Shown here piece by piece: positions 55,026 to 64,000 of a stretch of 64,000 bases of DNA (the stretch's first letter is position 1; each line of letters begins with the position of its first letter). The notes below the pieces were generated by a model. It had not been told where the DNA came from and ran no database searches. It saw nothing but the letters and a program-made list of their open reading frames with translations. Source of the stretch: Octopus vulgaris. Lineage: Eukaryota. The translations under genes and the position numbers were made by a program. The stretch lies in NCBI GenBank assembly GCA_951406725.2, contig OX597818.1:88536001-88600000 (forward strand), given 5' to 3'.

Positions 55026-55063
<38 letters not shown>

Positions 55064-55489
55064 CGTGCATGTATGCATATGTATATGTGTTTAAACACAT
55101 ACATATACACATATGTGTATATAAACACATACCCGAACGCACTTACAAAAAACGCACACACGCACGCATGCACGCACATATAGATTGATTCGTCTGAAGA
55201 AGCAAATGTGCTCTGTGGAATATGGGTAAGCAACAGACACTGGACCGACTCAAATGAAAAATATAAATATTACAATGATAGATATAATACCTTTGGCAGA
55301 AGCTCCACTGTTGAAATCAACGGGTCAGGTTTCCTCCGGTATGGGGATACCTTCCTCATTCCCACCCTCCTGCCTGTCTCTGAATCCCTGTGACGAGCCA
55401 TGGGCATTGCATACTTTCCTCACTAAAAGATACGAGTGTACATACATAAATACATGTTTACATACATGCATATGCCTTGTCAGAAATGA

Positions 55490-56535
55490 TCTCAGCAGTT
55501 CGGACGCAATATACAAGTGGGCTAAGGACAATAACATGTAGTTTAATGCTGGAAAATTCCAAACTCTGCGCTACAAGCACACAACGCTGAATAAAATGCA
55601 AATAAGATACACTGGTCCAGGAGGGATTGCAATCCCTGAAACAAAATCAGAGCGCAGTCTGGGTATTGACATGAGTAATGATGCATCCTTCCAGGTGCAT
55701 GTATTAGAGTTGGCCATAAAATGTAAACGGCTGACCGGGTGGATCAGTAGAACTTCCAGAACGAGAGAGCAGAAAACCATGATGGTCTTCTAGAGGACAA
55801 TTGTCCTCATCTGTATAGACTACTGCACCCAGAGTGTAAAATTTACTGCGGAACTCGAACAATTCCACCGATGGATTATTAGTACTTTCAGAACGGGAGA
55901 GCAGAAAACCATGATGGTCTTCTGAAGGGCATTTGTCCTTGCACGTATAGACTACTGATCCCAACTATACACACTACAGAGTGTTAAATTAACAGCGGAA
56001 CGCGAAGCAGTCCACTGAAGCTACACAAAGCAGATGTCTCAATGCAACATGTCAGCTACTAGGAGAGACTGAAAAAGTTAAGATTCTACATTCTAAAACG
56101 AAGGTGCAAAAGATATGCAGTGGTGAAGAGCTTGAAAATCTTGGAAAGACTTGTGCCAAATTTTGGCAGTGAAAGTTACAACAGACTGCAGAACAAGGCA
56201 CCACTGCATAGGGCCTAACATTCTAATATTTCTCTCAGGATACAGAACCAGATACTGCAACGGTTTGGGTTTCAATGGCCCATAGCTCTTGAATTTCGTC
56301 ACAAAAAGCTTGAGAGAACTACATGGGGTGAATGTAGGCGTCTTCAGACCCAAACTGGAGCTCATCCGGTCAAGAGTTCCGGCGAACTTACCTTGCCGCA
56401 GGAAGCACAGAGAGGGCAACAAAAACATTCATTTAACAAATGCCATATATCAGAGAGAGTCTCATGTAATGGAAATGGAGCAAAGCTAATGGCGATGTCC
56501 CAGCTTCGCTGCAGCTCTCGACGCCAAACTGACCA
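55490..56535 (+). mobile_element. CR1/L2-like LINE 3' relic (RT C-terminus)
   Basis: DAIYKWAKDNNM*FNAGKF..ERSLGIDMS..F..HV...KRLTGWISRT...IDYC; internal duplication of about 130 bp (55738-55860 versus 55870-56010). Confidence 0.75.
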
Positions 56536-56612
56536 TACACACACGCAATACACACTTGTATATATATATGTATACATGTGTATATATATATGTATACATG
56601 TATATATGTATA

Positions 56613-56663
<51 letters not shown>

Positions 56664-56821
56664 GCACACAAAAACACGCACACACACACACACACATATA
56701 TATGTATGTATACATAATACCTAAAATTTTTAGATTTTTATTTGTATTAGACTTAAGCTTTGTGACTGATTCTCTCTCTCTCTCTCCAACTATACATCTC
56801 TCCCTCTTTCTCTCTTTACCC

Positions 56822-56872
<51 letters not shown>

Positions 56873-57141
56873 TAATGAGAGAGAATGAGGTGTGGGGGGG
56901 AATATGAGAGAGCGTGAATGGTTGTGAGCTGTGCTCTGAGTGCAGGAAGCAATGAAATGTCTTAAATTACGCGAACGTTTACAATGTTTTACATAACCCT
57001 CAAGGGATACATTCAACATGAGGGAAGGGAGGAGGTTTAGGGGACTCAGACACGGCTATACAGAAATAAAAAGTAATTCGGCAATTTAGACATGCATGGG
57101 TCAGGTGCCCTTTTCCGGTATGTATATATGTATACGTAAAT

Positions 57142-57197
<56 letters not shown>

Positions 57198-57295
57198 TAA
57201 GTCTGTATGCATAGGTGTCTATCTCTCTCCCTCTCCCCCTGATATCAATCTCTCTATCATCTATCGCTTTGTCTGTCTGTCTATCTATCTATCTA

Positions 57296-57393
<98 letters not shown>

Positions 57394-57420
57394 TACACAC
57401 ATATATGCATATATACATGG

Positions 57421-57451
<31 letters not shown>

Positions 57452-57557
57452 TACATATAAAACATATATATATACATTATATGCATCAGAGAATAAAAAA
57501 TATATAATGTGTATTTGTGTGTATGTATATATATATATATATACATATATACATATA

Positions 57558-57612
<55 letters not shown>

Positions 57613-57642
57613 GTATGTATATATATATATATATATACATGT

Positions 57643-57710
<68 letters not shown>

Positions 57711-58381
57711 GTGTGTGTGTATGTATATATATATATGTATGTATGAGTGTATGTATATATACAATTATTACATACATCTACATTCATATATATATATATG
57801 AATACCTATATATGTGTGTGTGTGTGTGTATTTCGATATACGCAAAAACATACACATAAATACATACATGCGCACGCACGCACACACTCGTACATTTACA
57901 TATACATAAATCCAGCCAGCCATAGATACGTACGTACATGTACGCAAGGAGGGATTGCGGTGTTCCAGTGCAATATGTAAATAAATACATCCACAGCAAA
58001 AGCTATTCGATAGTCTTGTATCATTAATAAAGTTTATTATCTTGTGTACCCTTCTGCTAGCAAACAGGGGACAGCTGACCCCTAAAGGTCTTACTTCACA
58101 GCTAAATTACCGAATTACTTTTCATTTCCCAATAGCCAGTGCAGAGTACTTAATGTTCAATTTGTCCCCTGAGGGTTTATGTAAAACATCGTAAACGTTC
58201 GGGCAATCTAAGATATTATGTAGGTCCTTACTGCCCTTGCTGATCACCACACCATCACTTTCTCTTTCTCCATGTATGTATGTATGTATGTATGTATGTA
58301 TGTATGTATCTGTCTATCTATCCATCCATCCATTCATCCCTCCCTCCATCCATCCCTCCATCCGTCTATATCTCTCTCTCT

Positions 58382-58447
<66 letters not shown>

Positions 58448-58472
58448 GTGTGTCTGTTTATCTATCTGTCTG

Positions 58473-58546
<74 letters not shown>

Positions 58547-59353
58547 AATCAATCAATCTATCTATCTATCTATCCCTTTCTATTTGTCCATCAAGCCATC
58601 TGTTTGTCTATCCCTTTATCTCTGCCTGTTATACTACACTTTCATTCCTATCGTGACCCGTCTGCAGTCTAACCACAAATACTGTGTCTCTGACACAGCA
58701 GTTTGGTTCCAGGCGTCTCTGACACAGCAGGTTGGTCCCAGGCGAAGCATGTAACAAATGTCAGTTACATAGAAGCAAATAGGCTCAGCTGAACTAGTTT
58801 CTGTTTCTGATGAGGCTATTTAGACTTCAAGAAGCAAGTGATACATGCATACATACATACATACATGCATACATACATACATACATATATACATACATAC
58901 ATACATACATACATACATACATACATACATACATACATACATACATACATACATACATACATACATACATACATACATAGGTATGTACCATCATAGAGGC
59001 TAGCTGTCCAGCCGATATAAATATCTCTTTGAAAATCAAAGAAAAAGAGGATATCACTGCTTCGAAACCTCCAGCTTCTGTATTCAGACTATGAATTTAT
59101 AAAGTTTTGTTAGTAAATGCTTAAAGGAGAATCTGGATAAACTGGGATTTTCAGAAAGAGAAACGGACTAGCTGATCCTTACATTGCAAGTGCAATCGGG
59201 GAGTGGAACAGTAAAAAATACGCAAAAATTTTTTCTCAAGTTCCAAATGTGAATTCGTCTGCGTTGACTACATCACAAAGACGGAGCCATGTATCTTTGT
59301 TAGAGAGCGGCTCCTCCTCAGTGAAATATTTATAATAATTAAAAATAGAAGAA

Positions 59354-59429
<76 letters not shown>

Positions 59430-59463
59430 TTGTATGTATGTATGTATGTATGTATGTATGTAC

Positions 59464-59558
<95 letters not shown>

Positions 59559-61849
59559 TAGATAGATAGATATATATATATATATGTGTGTGTGAGTGTG
59601 TGTGTATAAGATGACAAAAGAATGTACGATTATCTTATGAACTTGAATTGTTTATCGTTTGACATCTTGTCTTATTACTACTCCGTACTCGACGTGTTAG
59701 TTGTATTTTCAGGGGGATTTGGTTGCTATTTCTCGCGGATCAATCGGCCACGCTTTGATATAGTTTCCATGTTTATCAGTCTATGTATCACTTCGATTGG
59801 TATTGTGTTTAGATTATAGAAAATTTTAAATGTAAATACTCTTTCACTTCCACGTTGAAACAATTTTCAAACACTCGTTAAGAAATAGAGAAATCCAAGA
59901 ATTTAACAAGTGCAAAGTTTATATGTAAGAATCGATGGTTCTAAGTGTGACAAGAATACGGAATTGGTATCACAAAGAAAGGAAGCTTCATTGAAATACC
60001 TTTAAGAAACTTATATCTTCGGCTCTATGATGGGTAAGTTGAAACCAATAACATTCCATTATACTATCACACATAGAAATAGTCCATTGAAGTCGACATA
60101 GTGAAGAAGTAATCGGAAGACTTAAGTCCAAAGGAATCAGAATATCTTGGTTTTTCTACATCTGCTACTTATCAAGTGATGAAAAGAATCTTCAACATAG
60201 ATTCTTGTGACCGGACGTTGTTCACCACTTATCGAAGAATTTCATTTCGAGTAGGCGCAGAAATGTATCAAGACAGATAAGCATTATGAGTACAGGGTAT
60301 GAAGAAAATAAAGTGGAATGAATTCAAGAGCTTGATTTCAGAAAGCAGCAGAAAAAAAACAAACAAAATCATATGAGCATTGCATTCTTTATACTCCAAT
60401 GAAATAGCGGAACGAGTTTCTTAACTATACAGCTGGATTTAAACCATGTTTATACATACATATACATGCATGCATGCATACAAACATACATAGTACATAC
60501 ATGCATGCATACATACATACAGAAATACATACACATGTATGTATTAATGCATGCATACATATATACATACACGCATGCATACATTCATACATGCATGTAT
60601 ACATACATACAAAAATACATACGTACATACATGCCTGCATGCATACATACATACATACATACATACGTACATACATACATACATACATGCATGCATACAT
60701 GCATGCATGCATACATACAAACATACATACATACATACATATATACATACAAAAATACTCTGTTGTTGATGTTGAAATTCCAATGAAGGAACTTGGATCT
60801 ATTGGCAAGAAATCTTGAAATAAACTGAATAATGCCTTATACATACATACATACATACATACATACATACATACATACATACATACATAATAGTTGCAAC
60901 TCGAATTCAAGCAATGCTAGCTTTCAAAATCGTTCTCTTAAACATGATCGGTACAGATGTAGATTTTCTGTCCCTCTAAGGAACCACATCTTTTGCATCG
61001 ATATGACAACGATGGGCGCTTTTTGCATCAGGTGTTCAGCTAGCTTACCACCCACGCTGACATACACCTTCATTCAATCGCGGAATTTTTCATTGAGTGC
61101 TTTTCCCTCCCCGGCTTCGGCCACCTATTATACACCTGGCGTAATAGAGATGTTAAAAATCAAGCAATATCTGTGCCTGAAGCATTCTAAGACCTTTTGC
61201 AGAGCCAATCCTACTCTCTATGCAATTTTTGCGTTTGACTAAAAAGAATAACTGCACTATATCATTGAATGCAAACCAAGTCGCGAGTACTACATTAAAA
61301 TTTTTCTATAAAAGTGTCTAAAAGGATCTCTTACTCCCAGCTGTTGGATTACTTTTGACTTGACTAAGTTCGTCCGCCCTGGGGCGTCCAATGAAAAACA
61401 TCCTCCTTACCAAGTAAGCTTGGGAGAATTGTCGGTTTAGTCGCCAAAGGTCCAACTATGCGACATATATTACTAATATTACTCATTACTAGTAGCACTA
61501 AGAATGACCTAACATAACATATATCAACGGAATGATTAATAAACTTAATCCTGATTTAAATTGATTCGATATTGAGTTATTTACATTTCAGTGTTATTTA
61601 TTAAAAGTCATAATCATCAAATTGAAACAGAATATAACTGGAAAACATGGAGTGCCTACGGTCTTGAATCTTAGCGTACCTTTAATTGAAGCAGGGAACA
61701 TAAGCAGAAAACATCGATGGAGTACCGATAGCTCTTGAATCTTAGCGTACCTCAAAACTTAGCTTGTTAGTCATTACATGATTTAAAACTACACTCGAAA
61801 GACGTAGTGATTATTATCTGTTATTTTTAGGCTTTTAACATCAAGGAAT

Positions 61850-63060
61850 ATAGAAGTCCTGTGTAAATAACCCATATTCTCTACACCAGTGCTTCTCAAA
61901 CTATCTGATGTGGCGTACTGGCAGTTTTTTTCCAATGTACCAGAGACCGGTAATATTTCTTAGTAATATCAATTTATTCTGGAAACAATATATATATAAT
62001 GAATATAATAAAAATTTACAATTTTAAAAATCTTATATTTATTTTGTAAACAAATAAAACAATATTACATAAGCATTTTATTAGCATTTTATAACGATTC
62101 TTTCTTTTCTGGAAACTGGCCGCGTACCGGCAGCCGATAGCTCGCGGACCGACACCGGTCCGCGGACCATCACATTGAGTAGCACTGCTCTACACTATTA
62201 TATGGTGCAGAAACATAGATATTGACAAAATATCGACATGTATAAAAATGTATGCTTTGTTCTAACAGAACATCCACGTTTAAGTGGAGACAGATATTAC
62301 CACATGGTATTAATACTCTTACAGTATTAATACTCACAGTATTAATTCTCTGGTTAATCGAGACACGAACTAATCGGGACATGAGTGCCTGTTCTGGCAC
62401 CGTTTAGATATTACGTTTCGGTATCAACACCGCCTTTGTCCCTAATATGCATATTTCTAACAAGCTCGGTGACTAATCGCGACACCAGTGCCTATTCTGG
62501 CACTGTTCTCTATACATCGCTGGTGGGGAGATGAGTCGCTGCTATCTCTAGTTATCGAACGTCCACCATTGACAAGACCAGGGAAGTTCGAAATCACGTG
62601 ATCTGGTGTCTTCGGCGCAGGAGATGACGAGGATTTATCTCCTCGCTAGCGATGTTAGAAAGAGGTCATTTTGCACTAAAAGTCAATGTGAGAGTTTCTC
62701 TCGAGATATCTAGCGCAGTATAGTTTGTTCTAACTGAACGTTCAGGTTTAAGTGGGGATAGATATACAGGAATGATAAGAATGGTTTGGATAAAACACAA
62801 AACTAATGAAGAAGTACTGCAAGAAGCAACTTCAAAAGATCATTACTCTCAAGTATTAAAATAAGAAAGCTAAAGCACTTTGATGACAAAGAGCGCAAGG
62901 AAAGATAAATGGTAAACGCTCGAGGGAAAAACATAGGACAAACTGGTTTGATAACATCAAAGACTGGATTAAACTACCGTAAAGTGAAAGCATAACAATG
63001 GAACAGAAAAGACTCGAATGGAAATATTTCATATAAAACCTTCTGAGAACAGATGACATT
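61850..63060 (+). mobile_element. RTE-clade LINE 3' relic split by insertions
   Basis: IFST|LLYGAET*ILTK reads across the MITE; later RMVWIKHKTNEEVL..IRKLKHF..GKINGKRSR..WFDNIKDW. Confidence 0.7.
61887..62187. mobile_element. hAT (Charlie-type) MITE, 301 bp
   Basis: TIRs CAGTGCTTCTCAA / TTGAGTAGCACTG; perfect 8 bp TSD CTCTACAC at 61879-61886 and 62188-62195. Confidence 0.92.
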
Positions 63061-63416
63061 TATTATTGAAGACTCTTAGGTAATGAGTAGGCAGAGCAGT
63101 TCGAACGCCGAAAAAAAAATTATTTTGCTCTATTTGTTCTGGTTCTTTATGTTCTGAGTAGGTTGGGCCATTTGGTTAGAAATCTAGTACCGTCGCAGAC
63201 CAAAGCTTAATATCCAATTGTAAAATTTTCAATAAGCATCCACACACACACACACACACAAAAGATTGAACTACTGGAAGAGTCTCCGTACGTTATATCT
63301 TACCTCTTCAGAACGCTGACGGGAGCTCAGCGTTACCATATATACCTTATTTGCACAGGCATATGTAAAGTGTCCCTATTTCAGCAACACATATTCAGTA
63401 AGAATGCTTTTACTGC

Positions 63417-63862
63417 ACCGGAGTGGATGTGTGGCAAGAACTTTGCTTACCAACCAAATTGTTACAAGTATCTTCTAGTATCTTGGGCTGACCAAAACAT
63501 TGTGAGGGAGCTTGGTAGACGGAAACTGAAAGAAGCCCGTCGTATATATATATGTGTGTATGTCTGTGTGTATACACATATACATATATACACACACATA
63601 TATATATATATGTATGTATATCTGTGTGCGCGTGTGTGTGTCTTTTGTGCCCGTGTTTGTCACCCTACCACCCTACCAACTGGTGTAGGTGTGTTTAGGT
63701 CCCCGTAACTTAGCATTTCGGCATAAGAGACCGATAGAATAAGTACTAGGTTTACAAAGTATAAGTCCAAGGGGTTGATTTCTTCCTCTAAAAAAAACCC
63801 CCATAAGACGGTGCTCTAGCATGGCCGCAGACAAATGACTGAAACAAGTAAAAGACAAAAAG
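63417..63862 (+). mobile_element. SINE family 1, diverged
   Basis: GGAGTGGATGTGTGG...GGTAGACGGAAACTGAAAGAAGCCCGTCG...AGCATGGCCGCAG.CAAATGACTGAAACAAGTAAAAG. Confidence 0.85.
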
Positions 63863-63916
63863 AACACATATACAGATATATATATATGTGTGTGTGTGTG
63901 TGCGTGTGTGTGTGTG

Positions 63917-63949
<33 letters not shown>

Positions 63950-64000
63950 TTGTGTCTATGTTTTCACCCAGCATAGCTTGAGAACCAGTGTTGGTATGAT

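Noticed and set aside
58807-58835. CTGATGAGGC as a hammerhead core
   Set aside because: No GAAA after a stem II and no stem I partner.
59280-59325. Minus-strand CTGAGGA followed by a GGAGCC/GGCTCC hairpin
   Set aside because: The hairpin is followed by GTCT rather than GAAA, and there is no stem I or III.
59640-60420. Possible decayed coding sequence
   Set aside because: No long open frame in the track and no motif I can assign.

Overview
AT-rich, microsatellite-saturated eukaryotic DNA. The SINE/MITE repertoire and the (TA)n/(CA)n/(TATG)n/(TAGA)n load resemble an octopus (coleoid cephalopod) genome; this is recognition, not a database result. I find no supportable intact host protein-coding gene, and almost all ORFs in the track are microsatellite translations. 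The window holds several tRNA-derived SINE families, four Tc1/mariner-type relics (DD34D, DD36E, DD37D and a rosa/DD41D-like one), pogo/Tigger and hAT MITEs, RTE and CR1/L2-like LINE relics, a Dong/R4 RLE-type LINE inserted in (TAA)n with a possible non-autonomous partner, and a Penelope-like GIY-YIG relic. The main unannotated signal is a set of short non-coding elements sitting in (TA)n microsatellites that carry type I hammerhead ribozyme (HHR) folds with palindromic stem III: 5837-5922, 12629-12686/13562-13619 and 14342-14444, plus degenerate copies. One lies in a near-perfect 1.45 kb palindrome whose fold-back point is next to the ribozyme cleavage site. This suggests a Penelope-dependent, retrozyme-like family. 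All folds and alignments were done by eye, and boundaries of degenerate elements are approximate.
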